Assembly: GCA_034670305.1 (NCBI GenBank)
Contig: JAXMNT010000040.1
Location: forward strand, 12,480-76,479
Reading direction: 5' to 3'
Source of the DNA: Deltaproteobacteria bacterium
GTDB lineage: Bacteria > Myxococcota_A > Polyangia > Polyangiales > Houyiibacteriaceae
DNA length: 64,000 nt
The notes beneath the pieces are model-generated. The model was not told the origin of the DNA, made no database searches, and saw only the letters and a program-made list of their open reading frames with translations. Each line of letters opens with the position of its first letter. Position 1 is the stretch's first letter. Both the position numbers and the translations under genes were made by a program. Positions 19,944 through 29,812 of this stretch are shown here, one piece after another.

Positions 19944-21566
19944 ATGATCAGCGAAGTCCCTGTCGAACACAGCCGCCAAGTGGTGGGATCGTTCGATACC
20001 CTCGTGCGCAGTGCGCGATTCGCGCCTGCTCAGTCGCTGATGCTGGCGGACCGGGCGTGCACCCACTGGAGGCTCGACCCCGCACTCTTGCTCGAGTTCT
20101 CGAGCGACGGACTCTCGGTTCGGGACGAACTGATTCTGGTCCCCGACGACGCGCACCGGTCGTGGATGCTTCCCGTCGTGATGGCCGGTCTGCGATCGAT
20201 CCGGATGCGGCCGGAAGCCAGCCCCGACGACTTCATCCAGCTGGCCCTCGAACTCTCCGCGGTGCAGGTCGACGAGGACTCCATTCGTTCTTTTCACGAC
20301 TGGGTGTGGGCGGATGGCGCGGAAGGGTTCGACATCGTGCTCACGCGTGGGTTCGTGGAAACGAGTGACTCGTTGCGCTTCGGAGACGAGGCCGAAACGA
20401 GCGCCATCGGCGTCGTGCGCGGGCTGGCTTCGATCGCGACCGAAGGCGGCATCGAGGTGCTGTCCAAAGACCTCGACGTCGCGGTCTTGCGGCCCGAGAT
20501 GGAGGTCGATGTGGACGCGTTCGATCTGGGCGCGCGACATGGCGCGTTCGACGCGAGCCAAGCCGAGATCGAAGCGCTTCGGGAGCACGTGGAAGACGCC
20601 GCGGCCTGGTCCATGACCGAGATGGAAGCCCTGCTCGACAGCCCTTCGTTGCGAGAAGGGTTGCCGCCCAAAGTGTTCGCGCGGCGTCTGTCCGCGCGGC
20701 TCGTGCCGCCGGTGAGGGTGGAGTTCTTGCGGATGCTCCGAACCGTCGTTTCCTCCGACGACGACTACCTAGAACGCGCGAGCGCCCACCTGGACGAGCT
20801 CGACGTGGGCCAGCGCCTCGGGCAGGCCCTGACCCTGAGCGAAGAGGCGCTGGCGGTCACATCGGACTTGATCGAGGTGCTCCCGCCGCAGAGCGCAGCA
20901 CGTCTGACCGGGGCACTCTTCGAGCGGGCCGGCAAAGAAGAACCCGCGGCGCGCATGCTCACGACGTGGATCGATCTTCAGGGTATGCCGAAGGTCAGCA
21001 CGGCCACGTTCTCCGCCCCGGCGGCCGTCGGATTGGTGGAGGTCCTGCAGCGGTCGAGTCGCGAGGGCGCGGCACGCATCGCGCTCCACACGCTCTCCGA
21101 CGGGTCGTTCGTCAAGGCGCTTCGCAAGGACCCCACGCTCATCATCACGAGCAGCCTCGAACGGCTCCGGGAACTCCTGGAGTCCGGTTCCGAAAAGGCG
21201 ATTGGCCGCGCCGTCATGCAGCTCGACCAGAGCAACGCCTGGAGCCTCGACGTGCTCACGATGACCATCGAGGTGTTTGCCCAGCGGGCGGAGGGTTGGC
21301 CGGCTTCCGCGGTGCGTCTGGTCGCGCGCGCGGCACGCCGGCACAAGGTCGATGCACGCGCGTGGGTGCCGCTCGCGCGGGCAACGAACGTGGACGACGA
21401 CGTGCGGCTCGCGATCCTCCAGGAACTCGGGCAGGTCCCCGAGTTCCGCGACGCGGTGCTGAAGTTCCGGTGGTCTAAGATCCTGGACTCGGGCGCCGTT
21501 TCGGTCGCGATTCGTGAGATGAAGGCCGAGTTGACGGCATCTGCCACCGATCCCGAAGAGGAGTGA
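19944..21566 (+). CDS. Hypothetical helical (possibly HEAT-like) protein
   Basis: 540 aa ORF with plausible coding composition; first of three co-oriented genes. Confidence 0.65.
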   Translation: MISEVPVEHSRQVVGSFDTLVRSARFAPAQSLMLADRACTHWRLDPALLLEFSSDGLSVRDELILVPDDAHRSWMLPVVMAGLRSIRMRPEASPDDFIQLALELSAVQVDEDSIRSFHDWVWADGAEGFDIVLTRGFVETSDSLRFGDEAETSAIGVVRGLASIATEGGIEVLSKDLDVAVLRPEMEVDVDAFDLGARHGAFDASQAEIEALREHVEDAAAWSMTEMEALLDSPSLREGLPPKVFARRLSARLVPPVRVEFLRMLRTVVSSDDDYLERASAHLDELDVGQRLGQALTLSEEALAVTSDLIEVLPPQSAARLTGALFERAGKEEPAARMLTTWIDLQGMPKVSTATFSAPAAVGLVEVLQRSSREGAARIALHTLSDGSFVKALRKDPTLIITSSLERLRELLESGSEKAIGRAVMQLDQSNAWSLDVLTMTIEVFAQRAEGWPASAVRLVARAARRHKVDARAWVPLARATNVDDDVRLAILQELGQVPEFRDAVLKFRWSKILDSGAVSVAIREMKAELTASATDPEEE

Positions 21567-21670
21567 TGGGGACCTGCCCACGGGTGGGGGGGACCACCGA
21601 CACCCAGGTCTGAGATCGGCCGCGATCCCAAGCTTCACGCCTGGGATGGTTCTTGCAGAAGTCGACGGGC

Positions 21671-22930
21671 ATGACGCTCTCCATCCGCCCGCGGTCGCGG
21701 CCGCCCGGCCAATCCACGGTCCGTCCGCGTGCAACCGTCGGGACGGACAACCTGGTCGGCGACCTGGTGGACGCGCTCTTCGTCCTACATCGCACCACCC
21801 AGCTGCACGGCCCGACGCACCCGTCGGTGTCCCGCGCCGCGGGCCGCGCGCGTGAAGCGCAGGCCAAGACCGGACCGCTCACACTGCAGGTCGTCGAGGG
21901 CATGCTCTTCCGAGACGGTCGCCTCGTCCCGCTCGTCTCCGAGGACCACGAACGACTGCACGTACTCCAAGATGCCATGGACCTGCGAGGGGTCGGAGAA
22001 CTCGTCTTCGGCGCACCGACGCTCCAGTCGTTCGTCGCACTCGCCGCGGCGCTCTGCGACCCCTCCATCGAGTTCTCCGAGAAGGAGATCACCCTCTCGG
22101 AACTCGACGTCGAACGCGGCGACGAGAGCGAAGAGGTCGCACCCGAAGTCTTCGTCGCCACCCAGTTCGCGCTCGCCATCTCGGATGCGGAGACGCTCCG
22201 ACGGGGCGACGGGTGGGACGAGCGGCACGCGCTCGCGGTGGTGCGCCGCATCGAACGCGCGTGGGAACGGAGCGGCGCGTTGGCCGGCGCCATCCTCGAG
22301 CGTGCGCCGGGGGAGTGGAACGTCGCCCGTCGCGCGGTCGCCGCCGTCAGCCACGCCACCGCGGTGCTGACCCGGCTCGAAACTTCGCGGAGCATCCGCC
22401 GGGTGGTCTGCCACGCCGTGCTGATCACCTCGATTCGAGGGTTTCGCAAACGCTCCGGTTTGCCGTTCGAGGAAGCCATCGGTCGCGCCCGCACCGAAGT
22501 CGAGGCGCTGCCGACTCGGAAAGCCTCGCTCGACCCACACCGCCAACGACTCGTGACCTTGCTCCACGCCGCCGCGTCCAAGGAACCCTCGCTGGGCATC
22601 GTGTCGCTGCTGCAGCTCGCGTACGGCATCGAACGCGAGCGTTGCCCGGACGGCGAAGACGGCGCGCTCGAAATCACCGATCTGTTCGCCTACGCCGCCG
22701 CCAACATGGGTCGCCTGTTCGATGTGCGGTGGGTGCGCGCGTTCATCAGCCTCTATGGCCTGATGCCGGCCGGGACCCGCGTGCGTCTCGAAGACGGTCG
22801 GATCGGGGTGGCGCTCGGACCTGGTCGGCGCGCGGACCGGCCCATGGTGCTCGTCGAAGGGCTCGTGCAAGAAGCCACCGGCCCGGTCACCCGACTCACG
22901 TCGGAACCGGCGAACCGCAAGGTGGGCTGA
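21671..22930 (+). CDS. Degenerate HD-GYP-like protein
   Basis: C-terminus GRLFDVRWVRAFISLYGLMPAGTRVRLEDGRIGVAL..DRPMV matches the tail of HD-GYP proteins, but no HD or GYP motif is visible. Confidence 0.55.
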   Translation: MTLSIRPRSRPPGQSTVRPRATVGTDNLVGDLVDALFVLHRTTQLHGPTHPSVSRAAGRAREAQAKTGPLTLQVVEGMLFRDGRLVPLVSEDHERLHVLQDAMDLRGVGELVFGAPTLQSFVALAAALCDPSIEFSEKEITLSELDVERGDESEEVAPEVFVATQFALAISDAETLRRGDGWDERHALAVVRRIERAWERSGALAGAILERAPGEWNVARRAVAAVSHATAVLTRLETSRSIRRVVCHAVLITSIRGFRKRSGLPFEEAIGRARTEVEALPTRKASLDPHRQRLVTLLHAAASKEPSLGIVSLLQLAYGIERERCPDGEDGALEITDLFAYAAANMGRLFDVRWVRAFISLYGLMPAGTRVRLEDGRIGVALGPGRRADRPMVLVEGLVQEATGPVTRLTSEPANRKVG

Positions 22931-22936
22931 ACGTTC

Positions 22937-24193
22937 ATGGAGTTGCCGGACCTCGTGCTCGGTCGCTACCGGGTGGAAGGCCTGCTCGGTGAGGGCGGCA
23001 TGGGCTTGGTCTTCCGCGGACGCCACGCCGAAGTCGATCTCCCGGTGGCGATCAAGGTGATCCTCGGCGAAGCGAGCGCGTCGCTGCGGGCGCGTTTTGT
23101 CCGCGAGGCCCAGCTGATGGCCAAGGTGCGACATCCCAACGTCGTCGCGTTTCACGACTTCGGGATCCTGCCCACCGGCGAACCCTGCATCGTGATGGCG
23201 CTCGTCGAAGGAGAACCGCTCGACGAGTACATCGATCGCAAGCGCGCCCTCGCCTGGCCGGAGGTGGTGGAGATCGCGAGCGACATTCTCGAAGGCCTCG
23301 CCGCCGTGCACGCACTCGGCATCGTGCACCGGGATCTCAAAGACGCGAACGTCATGCTCTCCACCCCACCGGGATCCCAGCGCCGACTCGCCCAGCTGCT
23401 CGACTTCGGCATCGCGCGGCCGGACGCGTCGTTCGAGAAGCTGACCAAGACCGGCAGTCTGCTCGGCACGCCGCACTTCATGGCGCCCGAACAAGTCACG
23501 CACTTGCATGCGATCGACCACCGCGTCGATCTCTTCGCGCTTGGGGTGATGATGTTCGAGATGCTCAGCGGGCTGCCACCCTGGGAGGTCGACTCGCACG
23601 CCGCGCTCTTCCGGCGGGTGCAGCAGGAACCGCCGCTTGTGAAAGCGGCCGCCCATCTCGAACCGCTGCCCCCCCGCCTGGTCGAGACCGTGGCCCGGTT
23701 GCTGAAGATCGATCCCTCGGATCGGCCGGCCGACGCCCGCGCGACCCTCCAACTTCTGACCGACACAGCGGCGGCTCCGATGGCGCCGCGCACCTCCCAG
23801 AAGCAGACGGCACGAGGCGGTGCCGCGCGGATCGCCGACACGATCGCCGTCGCAGAGGACGCCCCGCAACCGTGGCTGCTCGCCGCGCGCGTGCCTGCAC
23901 GGAAGTTGCGGCAGAAGAGCCTGCGACAACAGCTCGCCGCGCTGCTCCCGATCGGCGGCCGGGGCTACACGTTGGGGGCGGAGCTGTGGTTCGCGACGTT
24001 GCCCGAAGACCTCGACGCCAGCCAGCGGGTGCGGGTCGACGCGCTGCGACAGGCGCTCACAGCGCTGCTGGGCGAGGTCCCGATCGAAGACGTGGGCGCC
24101 GGTCCCGACTTCCGACTGCCGGCCAGCGCACTTGCTGGGGCGACCCCGTTGCCGGCGACCCTGCAGCGGCTCGTCACCCGACTGCTCGCTTAG
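22937..24193 (+). CDS. Hanks-type serine/threonine protein kinase
   Basis: LGEGGMG, VAIK, HRDLKDAN, DFGIA, GTPHFMAPE and DLFALG. Confidence 0.95.
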   Translation: MELPDLVLGRYRVEGLLGEGGMGLVFRGRHAEVDLPVAIKVILGEASASLRARFVREAQLMAKVRHPNVVAFHDFGILPTGEPCIVMALVEGEPLDEYIDRKRALAWPEVVEIASDILEGLAAVHALGIVHRDLKDANVMLSTPPGSQRRLAQLLDFGIARPDASFEKLTKTGSLLGTPHFMAPEQVTHLHAIDHRVDLFALGVMMFEMLSGLPPWEVDSHAALFRRVQQEPPLVKAAAHLEPLPPRLVETVARLLKIDPSDRPADARATLQLLTDTAAAPMAPRTSQKQTARGGAARIADTIAVAEDAPQPWLLAARVPARKLRQKSLRQQLAALLPIGGRGYTLGAELWFATLPEDLDASQRVRVDALRQALTALLGEVPIEDVGAGPDFRLPASALAGATPLPATLQRLVTRLLA

Positions 24194-24215
24194 CCGCCGC
24201 GCTTCCGGTCCGCCT

Positions 24216-24280
24216 GGACGGTCCATCGGGATTGTGCATCGGGACGGTCCATCGGGACGGTCCATCGGGGCGGTCAATCA
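24216..24280. repeat. 13 bp tandem repeat x5 between convergent genes
   Basis: GGACGGTCCATCG exact at 24216, 24242 and 24255; variants at 24229 and 24268. Confidence 0.85.
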
Positions 24281-26595
24281 GGGCGGAGCTCGCGCGCCCG
24301 CCGTTCGGCGCGTTCCCACATGCGCAGGTAGCCCTCGGCCGACCGAAAGAGCGGCTCCAGTTCTTCGTCGGTCATGCCGTCTCGGCGCGCGTCTTCGATG
24401 AGCTCCGGCACCAGGCCCAGGTGGATCATGCCTTCGGTGTTGAAGTCGACCGTGCGTTCGCCGAGCTGCGGCTCGGTGAAGGTGACGTCGCCGCGGTACG
24501 ACTGAAACGGATAAGTGATCGGGTTCTCTTGCCCTTCGCCGCAGCCGCTGTTCTCCCCGAAGCGCGGGCGCGGTGACCCGGCGAAACCATTGAGGTCGAA
24601 GCCGAAGCCTTCGGCCGGGTAGCCGCCGTGGTCCCGGATGAACTGGATCTGCTCGACGAACTGCCGCCCCATTGCCCCAGGCACGCCAGGTTCGCCGCAT
24701 CGCCCGAGGTTGATTTTGGACAGTCCGCCGAGTTCGTAGAGGAGCCCATTGTTGTTGCGGCCATGACTTCCGACGGCCGGGTAATCGTTCTCGACCAACA
24801 GCTCGTACGCGCGCTCGTACGAGCGCCGCGGCAAGTGATCGACTTCCAGGATCATGCCGCGAAGCATCATCTCTCGGATCAACGTCTCGCCCAGATCCGT
24901 CAACCCGGTCGCCTGACAGTACTGCCCCTCGAGTGCGGGTTCGCCGAACGCGTCGAGAAACGGCAAGAGCGTGCCGATGGGGCTGTCCGCGAATCCGCTC
25001 ATGTCGTTCGGCGCCGGATCGTCGTAGTTCGCGCGCGGCATGTTCAGCCCGCCGAACACGACCCCGCCGTTGTCGAACGCCGCTTGGCTCTCGGGACAGT
25101 CGGTGACGAAGTTCGAGTAGTGGCCGCTGTTGATGAAGCTGCCGATCTGCCCAACGTTCCGGTCCCCGTCGCCGGCGGAGAACGCGTTGTCGAACTTGTG
25201 CACCGGGAAGAGCACCCGCACGCCGCGCTCGTAGTACTCGTCGAGTTGCGCGCGCACGTAGTTCGCATCGCAGTCGGGGAACCCTTCCCGCGGGGTCAGA
25301 AAACAATCGAAGAGGTTGGAGGTCTCGATGCCGAGCAACACCGCCATGCGGCCTTCGTGGATGACGCGCCGCGCGTCTGCCGGCGAAGTGACCACGCGGA
25401 ACCAACCTTGCCCAGGCCCGCCCGACTGCGCGTCGATGTAGCGCTCGAGCGCGTAGGTCTCTTCGATCTGACGGTCGACCGCGACCATGTCGTTGCATGA
25501 GTAGCGCCGCGGCTGCGCACGAATGCCGGAGATCAACTCGCACAGCACCGAGTTGCTCGTCGCGTCCTGGACGAGCAACCGCAGGCCGGACCGATACGCG
25601 CGCTCGATCCAGCGGTGGTATTGCGCTTGGTGGGTGGAGCTGTTCCAAGCGTTCGGCCAGTCGGTGAAGGTCGGGTAGCCCTCCGGGTGGTGGTTGAACT
25701 CCGGGGTCCGCCCAGTGATGAAGACGCCGATCAGCGCGTCGGTGTCGAGCTCTCCGCCGAGGCCTGAGAACGCGTACCCGATCAGGTCCCGCCGGCCGGT
25801 CGGGCCGTGGAACTGTTGGCAGCTCGGCAACGCGTGTTCGACCCCGAGCCGGTGGTAGGGCGACCCGTGGAACATGCCGGCGCCTCCGAAACCGAAGTTG
25901 GTGAAGAGGTGCGCGTGGGTCTCTACGAAGCCGTAAACGTCTCCGTCCTCCCACGCCGCTCCATCGACGGTGCCCTCTGCGTCAACGGTGAGTTCTGGGA
26001 ACTCGGCGCACCCAGTCGCTGGATAGAACGAGATCGTGGCGGCCGAGTTCACGTCGCTGACCAGGGTGCCGTCCGAGGTCAGGTACGCGCCGGTCGCACG
26101 GTGGCGCAGTTGCAGGCGCGTCTCGTCGGACACGGCGATCTCCACGTCCCACTCCGCCGGTGAGACGAATGCGTCGTCGAGGCGGGTGAGGTCCGATTCG
26201 AGCGTGATCCGGCGACGCAGCGAAGCGACGGGCGCTTCACCTTCCGGCAGCTCGGGCAGCTCCGCCATCTCCGCGCCGTTGGGCACGTCGAACACGACGT
26301 AGCGTCCGTCCGCGTCGTAGAGGAGGTACGTGCCGAGGTCCGCGGCGCGCAACAAGAGCCGCGACGCATTCTCGGGATCCGTGGCCGTGAACTCGAACGT
26401 GGTGCCGAGTTCGTCCGTGGTGAGCCAGCGGGTGTTGGTCGAGCCGGGCGCGGCCGCGTCCATCGTGAAACATCCGTTGGCGAACGAATGCACGCCGTCG
26501 TGCGCAGGCGCCTCCGGCCGCGGAACGACGACCTCGGTGGGCCCGCAGGACACGAGAACGAAGAGCAACGAAAGAACGCAAGGCGCAGAGTGCAT
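24274..26595 (-). CDS. Lipoprotein with membrane-dipeptidase (M19)-like amidohydrolase domain
   Basis: Lipobox LVSC. GFVETHAH (HxH), LGIETS, PVHKFDN, GLTDLG...GMILEVDHL, SHG, GFDLNGF and GMIHLGLVPELIED. Confidence 0.75.
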   Translation of the reverse strand: MHSAPCVLSLLFVLVSCGPTEVVVPRPEAPAHDGVHSFANGCFTMDAAAPGSTNTRWLTTDELGTTFEFTATDPENASRLLLRAADLGTYLLYDADGRYVVFDVPNGAEMAELPELPEGEAPVASLRRRITLESDLTRLDDAFVSPAEWDVEIAVSDETRLQLRHRATGAYLTSDGTLVSDVNSAATISFYPATGCAEFPELTVDAEGTVDGAAWEDGDVYGFVETHAHLFTNFGFGGAGMFHGSPYHRLGVEHALPSCQQFHGPTGRRDLIGYAFSGLGGELDTDALIGVFITGRTPEFNHHPEGYPTFTDWPNAWNSSTHQAQYHRWIERAYRSGLRLLVQDATSNSVLCELISGIRAQPRRYSCNDMVAVDRQIEETYALERYIDAQSGGPGQGWFRVVTSPADARRVIHEGRMAVLLGIETSNLFDCFLTPREGFPDCDANYVRAQLDEYYERGVRVLFPVHKFDNAFSAGDGDRNVGQIGSFINSGHYSNFVTDCPESQAAFDNGGVVFGGLNMPRANYDDPAPNDMSGFADSPIGTLLPFLDAFGEPALEGQYCQATGLTDLGETLIREMMLRGMILEVDHLPRRSYERAYELLVENDYPAVGSHGRNNNGLLYELGGLSKINLGRCGEPGVPGAMGRQFVEQIQFIRDHGGYPAEGFGFDLNGFAGSPRPRFGENSGCGEGQENPITYPFQSYRGDVTFTEPQLGERTVDFNTEGMIHLGLVPELIEDARRDGMTDEELEPLFRSAEGYLRMWERAERRARELRPD

Positions 26596-26661
26596 CGAGC
26601 CCCTGTGTAAAAGACCTTCGTCCTCGGGTCGAGTGGCGTTCTCCTCGAGTCGCGGTCTGAC

Positions 26662-27300
26662 CTACGCAGGTGGCTTGTCCACCCGGAGTCGCGCGGCAGT
26701 CTCCGCGTCCACCGGGTAGACCCGCTCACTCGGGGTCTGCAACTCGTCGCGGGGACGGTCGCGCTGTTCGATCACGAACGGGGTCGCGTCTTCGATGCGG
26801 ACGATGTCGTCGTGGACGTAGCGTTCGACCGCGGGACCCCGCAGCCCGATCTGGATCGCGCGCCGTTCGAGTTTCTCGCCGCCGGGGCCGTGGTCCGGAT
26901 CCCACTGCAACCGAACCGACGAGTCTTTGACCGCTCGCTTCCACTCGGCCTCGGTGTCGAAGAGGTGGCGGGGCCAGCTCGAGTGCACCGCGGCCGCGAG
27001 GTAGCTGTCGAACGCGTCGCGGCGAAGATGGAGGGCGAGCACCCGCTCCTGGCCCTGGCTGCGCGCCCAGTCCGAGCGGTACATCATCCAGAGGAAGTTC
27101 GGTTTGATCCACGTCATGCGGGTCATCGAGAACGGCCCGCCGAAACGCTGGTGCGTCAGCGCGTGCTCGGCGATGGCGACTGGGTAGGCCTGGTAGACGA
27201 CGATCACGGCGTCGTCCCAGTGCGCCATCACGTGACGGCCTTCGCTGGGCCAGCGGGTGTGCTGATCGATCCAGCGTTCGGTCGGGAGAGAGAACTTCAT
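26662..27300 (-). CDS. DUF4291 family protein
   Basis: VVYQAY, RMTWIKPNFLWMMYRS, QERVLA, VRLQWDPDH and RRAIQIGL. Confidence 0.9.
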   Translation of the reverse strand: MKFSLPTERWIDQHTRWPSEGRHVMAHWDDAVIVVYQAYPVAIAEHALTHQRFGGPFSMTRMTWIKPNFLWMMYRSDWARSQGQERVLALHLRRDAFDSYLAAAVHSSWPRHLFDTEAEWKRAVKDSSVRLQWDPDHGPGGEKLERRAIQIGLRGPAVERYVHDDIVRIEDATPFVIEQRDRPRDELQTPSERVYPVDAETAARLRVDKPPA

Positions 27301-27350
27301 GCGCGCCGAAGGTCGTCACGATGAGCGAGACGTCAACCACAGGTGAGCGA

Positions 27351-27478
27351 ACAGCGGCAGACACAGCGGCAGACACAGCGGCAGACACAGCGGCAGACAC
27401 AGCGGCAGACACAGCGGCAGACACAGCGGCAGACACAGCGGCAGACACAGCGGCAGACACAGCGGCAGACACAGCGGC
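27351..27478. repeat. Perfect 12 bp tandem repeat (ACAGCGGCAGAC) x10 plus 8 bp
   Basis: Directly visible; no spacers between units. Confidence 0.97.
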
Positions 27479-27544
27479 GCCGGCTCTCTGCACGGCGACT
27501 CACTGGCCGTGACTGCGTGGCTGGTCACGCCACGAGAAAGGCGC

Positions 27545-28297
27545 TCAGGGCGTGATGGTCACGGGCAGGGTTCGGTCGAGGCCGGCGACGCGGACCGTGA
27601 GGGTGGTCTCCCCCTCGAGGTTGCCGGTGACCTGGACGATGGTGCCGGTGAGGGCGTCCGCCTCGTAGGTGTGCAGCCCACCGCGAACCGTCGTGGCGAG
27701 TTCGGTGTCCGCGACCGACGCGTGCTCGTAGTTGGCGGCGAGCAAGTGACCCTCGGCGTCGACGGGGAGGATCTCGAGGCTGCGTGTCTCGCCCACCTTC
27801 AGGTCGAGCCGGGTGAGCTCGCCTCCGAGGTCGAGGTCGAGCACCGCGACGTCCACCGCGTCGCGCACGAACACGCGCTGCGTCACGTCCCGTTCCCCAT
27901 CGGTCCAGGTCAACTCGGTGTCGCCGGCCGTGTCGAAGTTGGCGTTGAACGCGGTCGCCTCGCCACCGAACTCGGACACGCTCCAGCCGGCCTCGGGCAC
28001 CACGGTCACCTCTTCACCGGCCGCGACATAGGTGTCTTCGCCGCCTTCGCAGCTGCTGCAGTCGAGGTGGCCGACCCGCGCACCCGAGACGTCGAGGTAC
28101 TGGTGGTCGTAGTCGAGTCCGCCGTAGAGGACGCCGAGCACGAGGATCGCGGCGTTGATGCCGCCGTTGAGCGCGACGTCGAAGGCGACGCCCACGACCA
28201 ACTCGACCAGGTTGACGGCGCCGCGCACCAGACCGCAGCCCTGGGCGGCGACGAGGAGGGCGGTGGCGGACGATGAGATTCGAAGCGTCTTGTGCAT
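27545..28297 (-). CDS. Lipoprotein with Ig-like domains, hypothetical
   Basis: GGAGG RBS, lipobox AQGC, and a beta-rich C-terminus ending GETTLTVRVAG. Confidence 0.65.
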   Translation of the reverse strand: MHKTLRISSSATALLVAAQGCGLVRGAVNLVELVVGVAFDVALNGGINAAILVLGVLYGGLDYDHQYLDVSGARVGHLDCSSCEGGEDTYVAAGEEVTVVPEAGWSVSEFGGEATAFNANFDTAGDTELTWTDGERDVTQRVFVRDAVDVAVLDLDLGGELTRLDLKVGETRSLEILPVDAEGHLLAANYEHASVADTELATTVRGGLHTYEADALTGTIVQVTGNLEGETTLTVRVAGLDRTLPVTITP

Positions 28298-28542
28298 GCC
28301 GCCCTCCATCTCAAGACCCGTGCCACCCGTTTGTGGTCACAAACCCCGTAATTCTTGGGTTTGGCCGCAGATCGGGACTGTGAACACGGGTTCCGATCGG
28401 CCTGGATCGCCAACTCGCGGTGACGCTGGGTCGAAGCGACCCCACTGCGAACTTCGGTTCTCAAGGGTGGATGGAGTCTCTGCGCGAACCATGTTCCGAA
28501 GCACGGGTGCGGAGGCTGTGGCTGGGTCTCTCGGCCCCAAAC

Positions 28543-28573
28543 TTGACCGGGCGCGACTGCACACCTGTAAAAT
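28543..28573 (+). promoter_or_regulatory. Possible sigma70-type promoter for the SseB gene (possibly leaderless)
   Basis: TTGACC-N19-TAAAAT; ATG lies 6 nt after the -10 element. The spacer is long. Confidence 0.35.
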
Positions 28574-28579
28574 GTGGGA

Positions 28580-29812
28580 ATGGAGGATCGTGCGCTCTCG
28601 GCTTTTCGCCGCCTACTGGCCGATGGGGCCGCCGGTGGGCAGTCGAAGGTGGATGCGCTCGTCGCATTGGCTCAGCGCACGGTCTTCGTCGCGACGTGGA
28701 CGGCGGGCGGCGACGACTTCCGCACCCTCATCAACAGCAACGGCCAGAACGCGCTTCCCCTCTTCACGGATCTCGCGGAGCTCGAAGGCGCCGCCCAGCG
28801 CCTCGGTTGGGTGACCGCCGACGGCCGGATCCCGCACCAAGAGATTGGCGCCCGTCGCGCGTTTCGACACCTGATCGCGCACGACCTCGGCTTCATCATC
28901 ATCGACATCGCGGCCGACCACTCTCTCGAGTGCGAACGGTCGGAGATCGAACCGCTGATGCAGCGCCGGGGCAACGACCAGACCGGGCCCTTCGCAGGGG
29001 TGGGCCGGATCAGCGAGACCATGCTGCAGGCGGTCAAAGCGACTCCGTCGAAGGGGACACCCATGGTGGGCGCGGTCGATCCACCGTCGAAGCTCCCGAG
29101 CGGCGCGTTGGTCCCATCGAGTCCGGGCACGACCACGAGCCCGGGCGAACAGTCCAGTCCGGGCGCATTCGACAGCCCTTCCCAGTCTTCGCCGGGCACC
29201 CAGTCTTCGCCCGGCACCCAGTCTTCGCCGGGCACCCAGTCTTCGCCGGGCACCCAGTCTTCGCCGGGCACCCAGTCTTCGCCGGGCACCCAGTCTTCGC
29301 CGGGCACCCAGTCTTCGCCGGGCACCCAGTCTTCCCCTGGCACCCAGTCTTCCCCTGGCAGCCAGGCCGCCCCGTCCTCGCCGGGCGATCTCCCGACCCC
29401 CGACATGGACCCGCCGGCACCGGGCCTCTCCGTCTCCGACGCCCTGCCCTCGACCACCTCTGCGGCCACGTTCGGATCCGGCGCGAGCACCGTGGAGATC
29501 CAGCCGATCTCGCAGGAGCCGAGCAACGAACTGCTCGATGCGATCAGTGCCGTCTTGAGGGGCTACCCGGAGATCGAATGGGCCGCGTTCTGCATGACCT
29601 CGCGCGGACCTGCGGGTGCGTTGCCGACCATCGGGCTCCGTGTCGACACGAGCTACCGCGCGCGGGTCAACGAGATCATCCGTGACATTCGGACGGCGGG
29701 CGATGGGCGCGGGGCCAGCCTCGATGTGCTCTTGCTCGACGACCCTTCCTTGGTCCGGGCAGCCCGCAGCTCGGCGATTGTGTTCTTCCCGTGGCGCCGC
29801 CGCTCGAGTTGA
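28580..29812 (+). CDS. SseB-family protein with an internal Ser/Pro repeat
   Basis: N-terminal SseB-like NGQNALPLFTDLAEL...GFIIID. The C-terminal domain YPEIEWAAF...LDVLLL...IVFFP resembles SseB_C. Confidence 0.7.
   Translation: MEDRALSAFRRLLADGAAGGQSKVDALVALAQRTVFVATWTAGGDDFRTLINSNGQNALPLFTDLAELEGAAQRLGWVTADGRIPHQEIGARRAFRHLIAHDLGFIIIDIAADHSLECERSEIEPLMQRRGNDQTGPFAGVGRISETMLQAVKATPSKGTPMVGAVDPPSKLPSGALVPSSPGTTTSPGEQSSPGAFDSPSQSSPGTQSSPGTQSSPGTQSSPGTQSSPGTQSSPGTQSSPGTQSSPGTQSSPGTQSSPGSQAAPSSPGDLPTPDMDPPAPGLSVSDALPSTTSAATFGSGASTVEIQPISQEPSNELLDAISAVLRGYPEIEWAAFCMTSRGPAGALPTIGLRVDTSYRARVNEIIRDIRTAGDGRGASLDVLLLDDPSLVRAARSSAIVFFPWRRRSS
29183..29362 (+). repeat. Coding 18 bp tandem repeat x10 encoding QSSPGT
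   Basis: CAGTCTTCGCCGGGCACC units; 9 QSSPGT plus 1 QSSPGS. Confidence 0.95.

Noticed and set aside
27351-27478. CRISPR array
   Set aside because: Units are contiguous 12-mers with no spacers, and no cas genes are present.
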